From: Planctomycetota bacterium
Lineage (GTDB): Bacteria > Planctomycetota > Planctomycetia > Pirellulales > Pirellulaceae
Assembly: GCA_003671195.1 (NCBI GenBank)
Contig: QWPJ01000140.1
Span: 1,329 to 65,328 of the forward strand
Length of the DNA stretch: 64,000 bases
Reading direction: 5' to 3'
Shown here: one piece after another, positions 1 to 10,227 of the stretch
Numbering within the stretch: position 1 is the stretch's first letter
Layout of the letters: every line of letters starts with the position of its first letter
The notes under the pieces: generated by a model
Databases searched by the model: none
The model's input: only the letters and a program-made list of their open reading frames with translations
Told to the model about the DNA's origin: nothing
Made by a program: the position numbers and the translations under genes

Positions 1-2230
1 CACCAGGCTTCGATGGATTTCCACGGATCAAAAGCGAATCGTTGATACCCTCTCCATCGCGCATCGCTAGAGCCAAATGGGAATGCCAAACTATGCTCTG
101 AGCAAACTGAGCATCCAATCGGCTGGCCTGCTGGGACAAATCGGTAAATACAGTCCCCTCCGATCGATCGAGTACTCCTTGGGTCCAAGCCGCAATCTCT
201 GCACGCTGCTTGGTGCTTAGCTCTAGCGTAGGATTTTGCAACGATCGCAATGCCAGATCCCTCGTTGCATTCCAAAGTGCAAACGCCTCGGGCGGCTCGA
301 TACCTCGCACAGCTCCTAACGCAGGGGCAGGTCCTTCGATGACTTGGACCAACCCAAAGGGCTTGTCCTGCAATGGGGACAACTCGATGTGGATGGTTTT
401 GCCTTGATGCCGATCCAACGATTGGGTGACCCAGCGGTACTCGTTGTCGTCCCCTCCATTCTCGAAAACGGTCTCGCCATGCAAAGGACCAGCGATCAAC
501 CGATGCGAATCGACGCTCGCAAAGGCTCGGAACGATCCGCGTACCAAATAGGAGACTTTTCCCGTCGTCAATGCAAACTTCGACGTCGGCATGATCTTGC
601 CGGCCTCGTTGATCTGCGGATGGCGATTCTGTCGATTGACCCCATGCGAAGTCTGCGTCATCGGATTCCAAAACGGGTCCCGCCACGCCTCGGGCAAAAG
701 ATGGACTTTCCAAACCGAAGCCCCCGCGCCAGTGACCAAACTGACCGACCCTGGCAACTTGGACCCCGCCCCATAGATCACGCTATCGGATTGCCAGAGC
801 ATCGCATCGGGACGCCGTGCATCGAAGACAACCCTCGGATCCTCGGTAGGGACCATCGACTCGGCAAACCTCGCGTAGTTTGCTATCGCATTGGCCCTGG
901 CGACAACGGCCTGAACCTCTTCTGGGGTATCCTTCAACACCCCGAAATCCTTGGCCTCGACCCGCTCGATCTGCTGGCCTAGCTCCTTCCGAAGAGTCGC
1001 TTCGAGAAGCTCCATTTTCTCGCTCCGGACCTTGGCGATTTCCCGATGCTGTACGTCGGTCTCGAAGCGCACCAATCGATAGTCGCTGCTCTTTAAGTAC
1101 CCGTAAATCGCATAGTAATCTTCCTGGGATATCGCATCGAACTTATGATCGTGGCAGCGTGCACACGCGACGGTAACGCCCAAAAATGTCTTGCTGAAAA
1201 CATCGACCATGTTGTCGAATCGATCCGTCTCGTCCTTGCGGGTATCGACCGGCGAGTGAACCCATTCCCCCAGATGCCAAAACCCCGTCCCCAGAACCGA
1301 CTCGTTCCAACCGAGAGCCGGATGCACCCGAGGCGCCTTCAACAGATCTCCCGCCAAATGCTCGACGAGGAATTGATCATAAGGAACATCGGCATTCAAC
1401 GCCCGAACGACATAGTCGCGATAAGGCTCCGCTGACGGGATATCCTCGTCGAACTCATGACCTCGCGATTGCGCAAAACGGACAAGGTCGAGCCAATGCC
1501 GCGCCCAACGAACTCCAAACTGAGGATTCGCAAGGAGCGAATCTACCGTCTTAGCGTACCAGTCCGGATCGCTCGAACCGAGAGCCTCCTGGAGCTCCTG
1601 GGGAGTCGGTGGAATCCCAATCAAGTCCAAGTAAACGCGCCGCACGAGCGTCGAACGCGCAGCGACTTGGTTCGGCTCTAAGCCCTTCTCACGAAGCTTG
1701 CCGATGACCATCGTATCGATACTTCCGCTGGACCAAGGATCCTGTGCCGACGGACGATCGTTCGGAACCGGACCAGGATTCCATACCCAGTGCGATTGAC
1801 GCCTCGCCTCTAAATCGAATGCGTCCTGATGCTGCTTGTCCTCAGGCAACGGCTCGTCGGGCCAATAAGCCCCACGCGCTATCCACTCCTTGATCACCTC
1901 GACTTGGTCCTTGGGAAGCCGCCCATCTGGGGGCATCTCATAGCCCTGATAACTGACGGCTTGGTAGATCAAACTCCCATCGATATCACCGCCTAGGAGC
2001 GCAGGACCTGAATCCCCTCCTTTTTTGATCCAGTCGATATGGTCGAGCCGAAGTCCCCCTTTGGATTCACCGGACTCTCCGCTGTGACACGACCAACAGC
2101 GCTGCGCCAGAATCGGTCGGACACGCTTCTCGAAAAACTCCACGTCCTGATCTTGCCCGCGACTCGGCAAGGCATCCAAGATCCAAACACAGACGCACGA
2201 TAGGAGAACCCAAATCGATCGGTATCGCAT
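1..2230 (-). CDS. PSD1/planctomycete cytochrome c domain protein (DUF1549/DUF1553 type), 3' end runs off the window
   Basis: Manual translation (absent from the ORF track because there is no stop in the window): MRYRSIWVLL... signal peptide, FFEKRVRPILAQRCWSCH (CxxCH), [39 protein letters not shown]. Confidence 0.9.
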   Translation of the reverse strand, partial: MRYRSIWVLLSCVCVWILDALPSRGQDQDVEFFEKRVRPILAQRCWSCHSGESGESKGGLRLDHIDWIKKGGDSGPALLGGDIDGSLIYQAVSYQGYEMPPDGRLPKDQVEVIKEWIARGAYWPDEPLPEDKQHQDAFDLEARRQSHWVWNPGPVPNDRPSAQDPWSSGSIDTMVIGKLREKGLEPNQVAARSTLVRRVYLDLIGIPPTPQELQEALGSSDPDWYAKTVDSLLANPQFGVRWARHWLDLVRFAQSRGHEFDEDIPSAEPYRDYVVRALNADVPYDQFLVEHLAGDLLKAPRVHPALGWNESVLGTGFWHLGEWVHSPVDTRKDETDRFDNMVDVFSKTFLGVTVACARCHDHKFDAISQEDYYAIYGYLKSSDYRLVRFETDVQHREIAKVRSEKMELLEATLRKELGQQIERVEAKDFGVLKDTPEEVQAVVARANAIANYARFAESMVPTEDPRVVFDARRPDAMLWQSDSVIYGAGSKLPGSVSLVTGAGASVWKVHLLPEAWRDPFWNPMTQTSHGVNRQNRHPQINEAGKIMPTSKFALTTGKVSYLVRGSFRAFASVDSHRLIAGPLHGETVFENGGDDNEYRWVTQSLDRHQGKTIHIELSPLQDKPFGLVQVIEGPAPALGAVRGIEPPEAFALWNATRDLALRSLQNPTLELSTKQRAEIAAWTQGVLDRSEGTVFTDLSQQASRLDAQFAQSIVWHSHLALAMRDGEGINDSLLIRGNPSKPG

Positions 2231-2404
2231 AGGTAATTCAAGCAGGTCAGGGGGATGCAAAGGCGGGATTCAAACGGCAAGCCCCAAAGGGCCCAGTCGC
2301 AAAACGCCGAGACCCAAAGGGCAGGGGGGTTCTAGTATAGCATCCAAAACCTTCAATCCCCACCGATCGCAAGCCTACGAATGAAAATCCCCAGGCTCAC
2401 TGCC

Positions 2405-3073
2405 TCACTCCGATCGAATCGATACCGATTCGGGTAGCGAGTTGCCCCCGAGGAGAAATTTTTCATGGGTCAATTTCTCATGGGCCAATTCAACCGTGGC
2501 CGATTCAACAGGGTCCAAACAAACTGGAGCCGAATCGATAGATGCAGGACCGACAGGGGCCGGAACCGCCCGAGTCATCAGATCCCCATGAGCCGAGTCG
2601 GTTCGTACCGGACGCGTCGAGAGGGGCTTGCCTCGCATCACCAAGGTCACCAAAGTCCCTTCCTGGACCTTCTCACCCCTTTGGTTGAGCAACTGTCGGA
2701 CCCAATGGACTTGGCCATGCCGACGACCATGCGACTTAAGGTCCACGACTTCCGTGACGGCTCTGAGAGTATCGCCTGGGAAAATCGGCTTGCAAAAACT
2801 CCAATTGCGAACTTCGATCAAGGCGGCCGTCTGCACAAGCGGAGCCGTCGAGCTGAGTCCCGCCAAAATCGACATCCCCAACATCCCGTGCGCGACGGGT
2901 TTACCGAAGGGTCCTTGGCTGGCGAATTCCTCATCGGTGTGCAACCGATCGTGGTCCCCCGTCAATTGCGCAAATTGCTCAATATCGCGAATCTCGATCG
3001 TTCGCGGTTCGCTTTGCCATCGATCTCCGACGCTCAAATCTTCGAAAGCAAGGCCGCCTGCATGGGTGATCAT
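2405..3073 (-). CDS. MaoC/PaaZ-like hot-dog fold dehydratase
   Basis: FEDLSVGD...FAQLTGDHDRLHTDEEFA...FGKPVAHGMLG motif; start placed at MITHAGG. Confidence 0.85.
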   Translation of the reverse strand: MITHAGGLAFEDLSVGDRWQSEPRTIEIRDIEQFAQLTGDHDRLHTDEEFASQGPFGKPVAHGMLGMSILAGLSSTAPLVQTAALIEVRNWSFCKPIFPGDTLRAVTEVVDLKSHGRRHGQVHWVRQLLNQRGEKVQEGTLVTLVMRGKPLSTRPVRTDSAHGDLMTRAVPAPVGPASIDSAPVCLDPVESATVELAHEKLTHEKFLLGGNSLPESVSIRSE

Positions 3074-3244
3074 CGCTAGAACCAAGGCTTTCCGAAATCG
3101 GCCCGCAGTAGGGCCCTTGAAGAACATCGTTCGAGAAGTGCTGAGTGACTCTCAAGATTGTCCAGCACTTCGGATCGCTTCGCAAGTCCATCTGTGCCAA
3201 TCACTGGTTGTGTCAATCACTGGTTGTATGGGTCACAAGCAGGC

Positions 3245-4207
3245 TCAGTGAATCGAGCCCCCGGCGCCGAACATCGAGCTGATCGATTGGTTCGAATGGA
3301 TTCGACGGATCGCCTCGGCCAGCAAAGGGGCCACCGAAAGCACAAAGATATTGTCGAGCTTCTTCTCGGCGGGCAAGGGGATGGTGTTGGTAATCACCAA
3401 ACTCTTGATCGGAGCTTCTTTGATCGATTGAATCGCTCGACCGCACAAGACTCCGTGGGTCGCGGCCAAGTGAATCTCCTTGGCGCCGGCTTCATGGACA
3501 AGTTTGGCTGCCCCGCAGATCGAACCGCCTGTGCTGATCATGTCATCGAACATCAAACAAATCTTCCCCTCGACCGGACCACCGATGATGTTCCGCTGCT
3601 TGGTCTGAAGCGGATTGTCTCGGACTTTATCGATAATGGCGAGTTTGCCACCGATGCGCTTCGAGTGCCCAAAGGCCCGTTTGATGCTTCCTTCATCCGG
3701 GCTGACCACAACGATGTCCTCGGGGTCCAAATTTTGGTTTTGGAAATACCTCGTCAAGGCCGGAGCTGCATACAAATGGTCGACCGGCACGTCAAAAAAG
3801 CCTTGGATTTGCGGGGCGTGCAAGTCCATTGCCAAGACCCGATCGGCACCGGCTCTGGTGATCAGATTCGCAACCAACTTGGCCGTGATCGGAGTGCGAC
3901 CCTCGTCCTTGCGGTCCTGGCGTGCATAGCCGTAGTATGGAATCACCGCAGTGATCCTTGCTGCACTGGCACGCTTGCATGAGTCGATCATGATCAAGAG
4001 TTCCATCAAGTTGTCGTTGACCGGAGGACATGTCGGTTGGACCAGATACACGTCCCGACCTCGGACGTCCTCGTCGATCTTGCAAAAGTTCTCTCCATCG
4101 GGAAATTTGCCCAATTGGATCGCACCGGTCTTGAGATGCAAAAAATCGCAAATCTCTTTTGCCAATTGAAGATTCGCGCGTCCACTGAAAATCTTTAACT
4201 CTTGCAT
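3245..4207 (-). CDS. prs: Ribose-phosphate pyrophosphokinase
   Basis: FPDGE, YYGYARQDRK, DLHAPQIQGFF, VVSPDEG, DDMISTGGS motifs. Confidence 0.97.
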   Translation of the reverse strand: MQELKIFSGRANLQLAKEICDFLHLKTGAIQLGKFPDGENFCKIDEDVRGRDVYLVQPTCPPVNDNLMELLIMIDSCKRASAARITAVIPYYGYARQDRKDEGRTPITAKLVANLITRAGADRVLAMDLHAPQIQGFFDVPVDHLYAAPALTRYFQNQNLDPEDIVVVSPDEGSIKRAFGHSKRIGGKLAIIDKVRDNPLQTKQRNIIGGPVEGKICLMFDDMISTGGSICGAAKLVHEAGAKEIHLAATHGVLCGRAIQSIKEAPIKSLVITNTIPLPAEKKLDNIFVLSVAPLLAEAIRRIHSNQSISSMFGAGGSIH

Positions 4208-5037
4208 CGATAGCCCAGTTCTTTCATCTTGTCCTCAACCTTTTCAAGCTCATCGATGGTGTTGATGCTGAGGGCTTCACACGCCTTCAACGCCGCTAGG
4301 GCATCGACCCGGTCCCCTTGCTCCTTGAGAAGCGCAGGACAGTCCGTTAGATAGTACTCGTTTTGCGCGTTGTTGTTTCCAAGCCGCTCAAGTGCCCAAA
4401 TCAGCCGATCCTGCTTAAACAGATACGTGCTCATATTGACCTCTTGGATCTTCGACTCCTCAACCGATGCGTCTTTTTGCTCGACGATCCTCTCAAAGCC
4501 CCCCTGAGCATCCCGAACGATGCGGCCGAGTCCCTGCGGATCGGGTTTGATCAGAGTTCCGAGCAAACAGGAGAAATCCCCCATGCCAAACGCATGGAGC
4601 AATTCGCCAAGCGACGAGGACTGAACCAGCGGTGAGTCCCCCGCTACCACCATCACCGGACCGGAACCTGAGTCCTGCTTATCCCGAAGCGATGGAACGC
4701 ACATCTGAACCGCATGGCCCGTTCCTAACTGCTGCTCCTGCAAGACAAACTCCACATTTTTGCGTCCTTGAAGCTCTCGCCTTACATCCTCATGGCGATA
4801 GCCTACAACCACCAAAACCCGACTCACAGGAACCTGCTCCAACGCATCGAGCACCCAATGAATCATGGGGCGACCGAGCACCGGAAAAAGGACCTTAGGC
4901 AACTCGCTCTTCATCCTTGTCCCTTTTCCGGCTGCCATCACAATGGCCGTCGCTCCGCCCGAAAAACCCGTGTTGCCAGACGAGCTTGCTGCCGAATCGC
5001 TTTTTGCCGCCGAATCTTTATTTTCCAATGGGTTCAT
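4195..5037 (-). CDS. glmU: GlmU-like N-acetylglucosamine-1-phosphate uridyltransferase (NTP-transferase domain only)
   Basis: MAAGKGTRMKSELPKVL, QQLGTGHAV, GRIVR, IVEQKDA, NAQNEYYLTD; ends before any hexapeptide domain; overlaps the prs start. Confidence 0.85.
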   Translation of the reverse strand: MNPLENKDSAAKSDSAASSSGNTGFSGGATAIVMAAGKGTRMKSELPKVLFPVLGRPMIHWVLDALEQVPVSRVLVVVGYRHEDVRRELQGRKNVEFVLQEQQLGTGHAVQMCVPSLRDKQDSGSGPVMVVAGDSPLVQSSSLGELLHAFGMGDFSCLLGTLIKPDPQGLGRIVRDAQGGFERIVEQKDASVEESKIQEVNMSTYLFKQDRLIWALERLGNNNAQNEYYLTDCPALLKEQGDRVDALAALKACEALSINTIDELEKVEDKMKELGYRCKS

Positions 5038-5247
5038 GGTCGCCTGGGGCTCCGTCAAGCCTGTGATAAGAGTTTTTAAGGGTATCGAAGTCGAATGTTC
5101 GCGTAAGATCAAGGCGCCCCCGGGGACGGATATCTTGCCATAAGCAACCCGAGTCGAACAGGTCCAAGATTGACTAAAAATGGAGCTTCGACTATCGTTT
5201 CGGTCTGGAAATCCACTCTACCGCCTCCAAATTCCACAGGATTCAAC

Positions 5248-5427
5248 ATGGCCAACGAACGACCCACCGAACTGCGCCGACGCCGACAACGCAAAGCAAA
5301 GCTGACGCTCTTGAAGAAACGCTTGGATAAAGCCAGCAAATCCGAGAAGGCTGTCATCATTGCCAAAGTCCGACGCCTGAGCCCAGGGGCCGAACAACTC
5401 CTGGCCAATTGGAAAGTCTCCTCATAA
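5248..5427 (+). CDS. Small basic protein (DUF6800-like)
   Basis: MANERPTELRRRRQRKAKLTLLKKRL...KVRRLSPGA; ACAGGA upstream of the ATG. Confidence 0.65.
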   Translation: MANERPTELRRRRQRKAKLTLLKKRLDKASKSEKAVIIAKVRRLSPGAEQLLANWKVSS

Positions 5428-5498
5428 GTCGTCGAAGCTAAACATCACACTCCGCAGGGCACCCCTGCGGAATGCCCCTCGAAGCCAAGCCGATTACC

Positions 5499-6830
5499 AT
5501 GCACTTGCTCATCACCGGCGGTTGCGGCTTTGTCGGCTCGAGAATCGCAAAATGGTTTTTAGCCAATGAGCCTCTCTCCAGCGGGCCCCTCTCTAGCGGG
5601 CCTCTCTCTAGCGAGCCTGTGCCCGGGTCGTATCCTGACCGGCGAGCCCCTGCAAGTTCTGGCGATGGATCCTCGGGAAGCCTCACCCCAGGACTAAAAA
5701 TCCCAGGGCTAAAAATCACCCTGGTCGACAATCTCATGCGACCCGGCAGCCAGACCAATCGCGCACCCCTGGAATGCCTAGGCGCTGAGGTCATCCTCGG
5801 AGACCTTCGCCAAAGAGATTTCGTCGAATCGCTGCCAGCTTGCGACTGGGTGATCGACTGCGCAGCGAACCCCAGTGTGCTCGCTGGATTGGGCTCTGCG
5901 GCGCTTGACGCTCCAGCGAACATCCCTTCGCAAGCGAACCAAAGCCCTTCGCAAAACCTCGTCGATCACAACCTCGGAGGGACCATCCATCTGCTTGAGT
6001 ACTGCAAACGGCATCGCGCCGGGATGGTCCTCGTGAGTTCCTCGCGCGTCTACTCCATCCGGGAACTCTCGCGCATTCCTCACCAGATCAAGAACTCCGT
6101 GCTGCAGTTCGATTGGGATCGCATCGAATCGGAAAACCTCATCCCTGGACTCAGCCGTCAGGGCATCGACGAACGCTTTAGCATCGAGCCCCCCTTGTCC
6201 CTCTACGGAGCGACCAAGCTCGCCTCGGAGTGGTTAGCCAAGGAATACTCGAACGCCTTCGATTTCCCACTGTGGATCAACCGCTGTGGCATCCTTGCCG
6301 GCTCAGGCCAGTTCGGAAAAGCCGACCAAGGCATCATCACGTACTGGATGCATCGGTTCCTCTACCGACATCCACTGCGAATGCTCGGTTTCCAAGGCTC
6401 AGGAGCCCAAGTCCGCGACTGCCTCCACCCCGATGACCTCGCACGACTGGTCCAGTTGCAAATAGGTGAATCCATCGGTGAATCCCAGGGACGGCAAACC
6501 CAACAACCCCTCCAAAACCAGCCATCGCTCCGATCCAAACCTATCGCGGTCAATGTCTCGGGCGGGATCGAATCGGCCTTCTCCCTACAAGAGCTCCACG
6601 AATGGTGCGCGCGGCGCTGGGGCTCAGAGCGATTCGGAGCGGTCAGCGAACTCCAACGCATCGACCAACCTCGCCCTTACGATGCACCTTGGATCGTCCT
6701 AGATTCCAACAAGGCACGGCAAACGTGGAATTGGGAACCGTTGCGCGACCGTCTTTCGATCTGGGAAGAAATCGCCGAGCATGCCGAGGAAAATCCCAAT
6801 TGGCTACAAATCTCAGGTGGCATCGATTAA
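5499..6830 (+). CDS. NAD-dependent epimerase/dehydratase (CDP-paratose 2-epimerase-like)
   Basis: LITGGCGFVGS, CAANPSVLAG, YGATK (YxxxK), GKADQG, QVRDCLHPDDL. Confidence 0.9.
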   Translation: MHLLITGGCGFVGSRIAKWFLANEPLSSGPLSSGPLSSEPVPGSYPDRRAPASSGDGSSGSLTPGLKIPGLKITLVDNLMRPGSQTNRAPLECLGAEVILGDLRQRDFVESLPACDWVIDCAANPSVLAGLGSAALDAPANIPSQANQSPSQNLVDHNLGGTIHLLEYCKRHRAGMVLVSSSRVYSIRELSRIPHQIKNSVLQFDWDRIESENLIPGLSRQGIDERFSIEPPLSLYGATKLASEWLAKEYSNAFDFPLWINRCGILAGSGQFGKADQGIITYWMHRFLYRHPLRMLGFQGSGAQVRDCLHPDDLARLVQLQIGESIGESQGRQTQQPLQNQPSLRSKPIAVNVSGGIESAFSLQELHEWCARRWGSERFGAVSELQRIDQPRPYDAPWIVLDSNKARQTWNWEPLRDRLSIWEEIAEHAEENPNWLQISGGID

Positions 6831-6878
6831 AATCTCCAACTAGAAGACCGCCCCCTTATTCTTACGAATGCAAACGCC

Positions 6879-7502
6879 ATGAGCTCTTACTCCTTCAAGT
6901 CGCCCCTAGAACCCAATACCTCCGAGTCCTTCGAGCAACCCAAAGGACTCTCGACCGCGACGATGATCGCTACGATCCTCATGCTCGTCTTTGGACTCTC
7001 CGGATTGATGGGAATCATCGGACTATTAGCTTCGTTGGCCAGCTTGGCCAACGCCCCTGCGCCCGGTGTCAATCCACCCCCTGGCCTCAAGCTCAATGCG
7101 ATTCAAATCGCAATAAGCGTCTTTGACCTGTTGATATCGATCCCTTTGGTGGTGCTGAGCATTATGGTCCTCCAGCGCAAACGTTTCGCTGCCGTGTACC
7201 TCTCGTGGCTAGCCCTAGCCTTGGCGATCCTTACCATCCCACGTGGAATCCTGACCTACATTCTGTCTCCTCAGATTATCGAAAGCATGAAATCGAGCAT
7301 TGAGCAAGCCCAGCAACAGCAACCCAACGGCAACATGCGAGCCGAGGATATCGATATGATCATGCAGATCGCAAAGTATGCCTTGCTCGGATGCACCGGG
7401 GTCAGTCTGCTGGCAGCATTCCTGGCCTACATGTTCAGCTTCCAGCAACTGCGCAAACCCTCGACCTTGGAACGACTCTCGACGCACACGAGCACTCCAT
7501 GA
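6879..7502 (+). CDS. Hypothetical membrane protein (~4 TM)
   Basis: Four hydrophobic segments; its stop overlaps the coaD start (ATGA). Confidence 0.75.
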   Translation: MSSYSFKSPLEPNTSESFEQPKGLSTATMIATILMLVFGLSGLMGIIGLLASLASLANAPAPGVNPPPGLKLNAIQIAISVFDLLISIPLVVLSIMVLQRKRFAAVYLSWLALALAILTIPRGILTYILSPQIIESMKSSIEQAQQQQPNGNMRAEDIDMIMQIAKYALLGCTGVSLLAAFLAYMFSFQQLRKPSTLERLSTHTSTP

Positions 7503-8017
7503 CCAAACTCTCCGCTCGCAAAGCAGTCTACACCGGGTCCTTCGATCCGATCACCCTCGGACATCTGCACATCATCGAACGCTCCTGCGTGCTGTTTGAC
7601 CAACTCGTCATCGGCATCGGGGTCAACCAAGAAAAAAAACCCCTTTTTGAAATCGAGGAACGCTTAAGACTCGTTGAAAAAGTCACCGAGCACCTCCCGA
7701 ACGTCTCGGTCTGCTCTTTCGATGGACTGGCCGTCGACTTTGTCCGCAAGCTCGGAGCCAAAGTCATGGTCCGGGGCGTTCGCCCCCTGACGGACATCGC
7801 TGGCGAATTCACGATGATGATGGCCAATCGTCAACTCGATGCCGACCTCGAAACCGTCTTCCTGATGGCCGATGAGGAATTCGTCCACGTCTCGAGCAGC
7901 CTGATCAAACAAATCGCAAGCTTAGGACATGGCCGCTCGCTCGAAAAGTTCGTTCCTGAGGCGATTATCCAACCCCTGCTCGAACGGGTAAAAGTTCCCT
8001 CGACGGATGAATCCTAG
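7499..8017 (+). CDS. coaD: Pantetheine-phosphate adenylyltransferase
   Basis: AVYTGSFDPITLGHLHII, VRGVR, MANRQL, VSSSLIKQIA. Confidence 0.96.
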   Translation: MTKLSARKAVYTGSFDPITLGHLHIIERSCVLFDQLVIGIGVNQEKKPLFEIEERLRLVEKVTEHLPNVSVCSFDGLAVDFVRKLGAKVMVRGVRPLTDIAGEFTMMMANRQLDADLETVFLMADEEFVHVSSSLIKQIASLGHGRSLEKFVPEAIIQPLLERVKVPSTDES

Positions 8018-9344
8018 ACGTCCGCGCGGTAGCCATCGGAGCTATGACCCACTGAGCCACCTAGTCTTCCTGCGCAGCCAAGGGGAATACGTCTGGGATG
8101 AGCAAGGCAGGAAATACCTCGATCTGATCTGCGGTTACTCAGCTTGCAACCTCGGGCACGCACACCCCCGACTAGCCGCCGCAGTGTGCGAGCAAATCGC
8201 GGAGCTGACATGGGCACACGGAGGGCAATCCCACTTGAGGTCCAGACTCGAAGAGACCCTCGGGAGCCTCTGGGACCAAAACGCACCCGCAGGTCGCAAT
8301 CCCCACGGGCACTCCAAAGTGTGGCTGACCGTCAGCGGCGCAAGAGCCATCGAGATCGCATGGAAACTCGCCTATGCAAAACGCCCGGGAAGCACCATCG
8401 GTTTCGATCTGGCTTACCACGGACGCTCGTTGGCCAGCGCCCTCTTGAGCGATACCGAACGCTCCGACGCGTTGGGTCCGCATGGGCCGCTTGAAAACCA
8501 TGCGACAATCCCCTTTCCACGCCACCTCCATGGTCTGTGTGCTCCAATCCTGGTTCATGATGCCAGTCATGATGCCAGCGGCAATCCCCTGGAAGCTCAT
8601 GCAGACAAGAGCCCCTTATGCGATGAGTGCCAGCGGGCCCTGGAGCAGGCGAGCCTGACGTTTGAGAGACTCAAGCCACGAGCCTCGATCCTTTTTGTCG
8701 AGCCGGCTATCGGAGCCCGAGGCTACTACTTCGCACCCGCAGCCTTCATGCAACAACTTGTCGCTTTGGCCAGAAGCTATGACCTGGCCATCGTGTCCGA
8801 CGAAATCCAAATGGGACTCCGCCGAACGGGCCCGATGTTCCTGAGCAAAGGCCAAGCCTGGGAACCCGATCTGCTGGTGCTTGGAAAGTCCCTCGGTGGC
8901 GGAATCCTACCGATCGCAGCCGTCGTCGGACCCGACGACTGGATCGATGGAATCGGACCGGGAATCGAGTCGGAAACCTTCGCGGCCTATCCCATGGCCT
9001 GTCGGGTGGCGCTCGAAACGCTCGAAATCCTCCAAACGCCAAATCTCCAATCCGATATTGAACGCAACGGGGAGTTTTTTCGTAATCTGCTCAGAACTCA
9101 CTTGCCCGAACCGCTTGTCACCCTGGGCTCCGGACTGGCCTGCTGTGTAAGTTTCGAGAACCTTGCGAATTCGGGATCCGAACTGGCTTTCCAAGTCGTG
9201 AAAAAACTCGCCGACCAAGGGGTCTTGGTCCACCTGACAGGCCCCAAACGAAACCGTATCGCCGCGATCCCATCGCTCCTGATTCAAAAATCCACCCTCG
9301 AGATGGCTGCTCGAAGCATCCTCGAGGCCATCGATGAATGCTAG
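8007..9344 (+). CDS. Class III PLP-dependent aminotransferase
   Basis: YLDLICGYSACNLGHAHP, AYHGRS, DEIQMGLRRTG, GKSLGGG. Confidence 0.9.
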   Translation: MNPRRPRGSHRSYDPLSHLVFLRSQGEYVWDEQGRKYLDLICGYSACNLGHAHPRLAAAVCEQIAELTWAHGGQSHLRSRLEETLGSLWDQNAPAGRNPHGHSKVWLTVSGARAIEIAWKLAYAKRPGSTIGFDLAYHGRSLASALLSDTERSDALGPHGPLENHATIPFPRHLHGLCAPILVHDASHDASGNPLEAHADKSPLCDECQRALEQASLTFERLKPRASILFVEPAIGARGYYFAPAAFMQQLVALARSYDLAIVSDEIQMGLRRTGPMFLSKGQAWEPDLLVLGKSLGGGILPIAAVVGPDDWIDGIGPGIESETFAAYPMACRVALETLEILQTPNLQSDIERNGEFFRNLLRTHLPEPLVTLGSGLACCVSFENLANSGSELAFQVVKKLADQGVLVHLTGPKRNRIAAIPSLLIQKSTLEMAARSILEAIDEC

Positions 9345-9399
9345 GGCTCCGAATGCGATCCATCGATAACCTACTGAATCCAAGGACAACCATAAAGCA

Positions 9400-10227
9400 A
9401 TGATCGGCGAACCCCCACCGAGCCAATACGATTGGCGATTTAACTTTTTGGGATTCCCCATTCGCGTGACTTGGCTTTTCTGGCTCATCACCGCAGCCCT
9501 GGGCTACAGCATCGCCATGAGCGCCAACCAGCTCTTCTCGCGTCTCGGTCAATCCCCGGGTATCGCGCCGTTGCTAGCCATCTGGGTCGCATGCGTGATG
9601 GTCTCGGTCCTTGTCCACGAACTCGGACACGCACTTGCATTCCGATTCTACGGGATCGAATCGCAAATCGTGCTCTACCACATGGGGGGCTTAGCGATCC
9701 CCACAGCCGGCTTTTCCTTCAATCGCTCAGGGGCTCGCTACCGCCTCCAACACATCGACCACATCGTGATCTCACTTGCTGGACCACTGCTCCAGTTCGC
9801 ATCGGCGATCCTGGTCGCAGCAATCGCCTATGCCATGGGTGTATTTGTCCCCAGCGCCGCAGACTTCGTCGAGTGGATCAAACCCCGTGGCATCGAGAAT
9901 CCATGGGCCCAAGGGGACCTGAGCATCGGCAATCCATGGACGTACACAATGCTGAATTTCTACATACTCGTAAGCATCTGGTGGCCCCTGCTGAACCTGC
10001 TTCCGGTCTATCCGCTCGACGGAGGGCATGTCGTGCAACATACCGCTGCGATCCTTCGCAGGACCGACGGATACAATGAAGCCTACCTCATCGGCGCTGG
10101 CGTCGGATTCCTCGTCGCTTGGTGGTTCTTCCAAAGCGGCAACCCGATCAACGCACTGCTGTTTTTGTCCCTGGCGATGAACAATGTGCAAGCCATGCAA
10201 CGCTTCGGTGGTCCTCCCGGATGGTGA
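9400..10227 (+). CDS. Site-2 protease family (M50) membrane metalloprotease
   Basis: LVHELGH (HExxH), ISLAGP, NLLPVYPLDGG. Confidence 0.92.
   Translation: MIGEPPPSQYDWRFNFLGFPIRVTWLFWLITAALGYSIAMSANQLFSRLGQSPGIAPLLAIWVACVMVSVLVHELGHALAFRFYGIESQIVLYHMGGLAIPTAGFSFNRSGARYRLQHIDHIVISLAGPLLQFASAILVAAIAYAMGVFVPSAADFVEWIKPRGIENPWAQGDLSIGNPWTYTMLNFYILVSIWWPLLNLLPVYPLDGGHVVQHTAAILRRTDGYNEAYLIGAGVGFLVAWWFFQSGNPINALLFLSLAMNNVQAMQRFGGPPGW

Noticed and set aside
210-2280. Several + strand ORFs and the 95-aa - strand ORF
   Set aside because: Shadows of the long PSD1/cytochrome c gene on the - strand.
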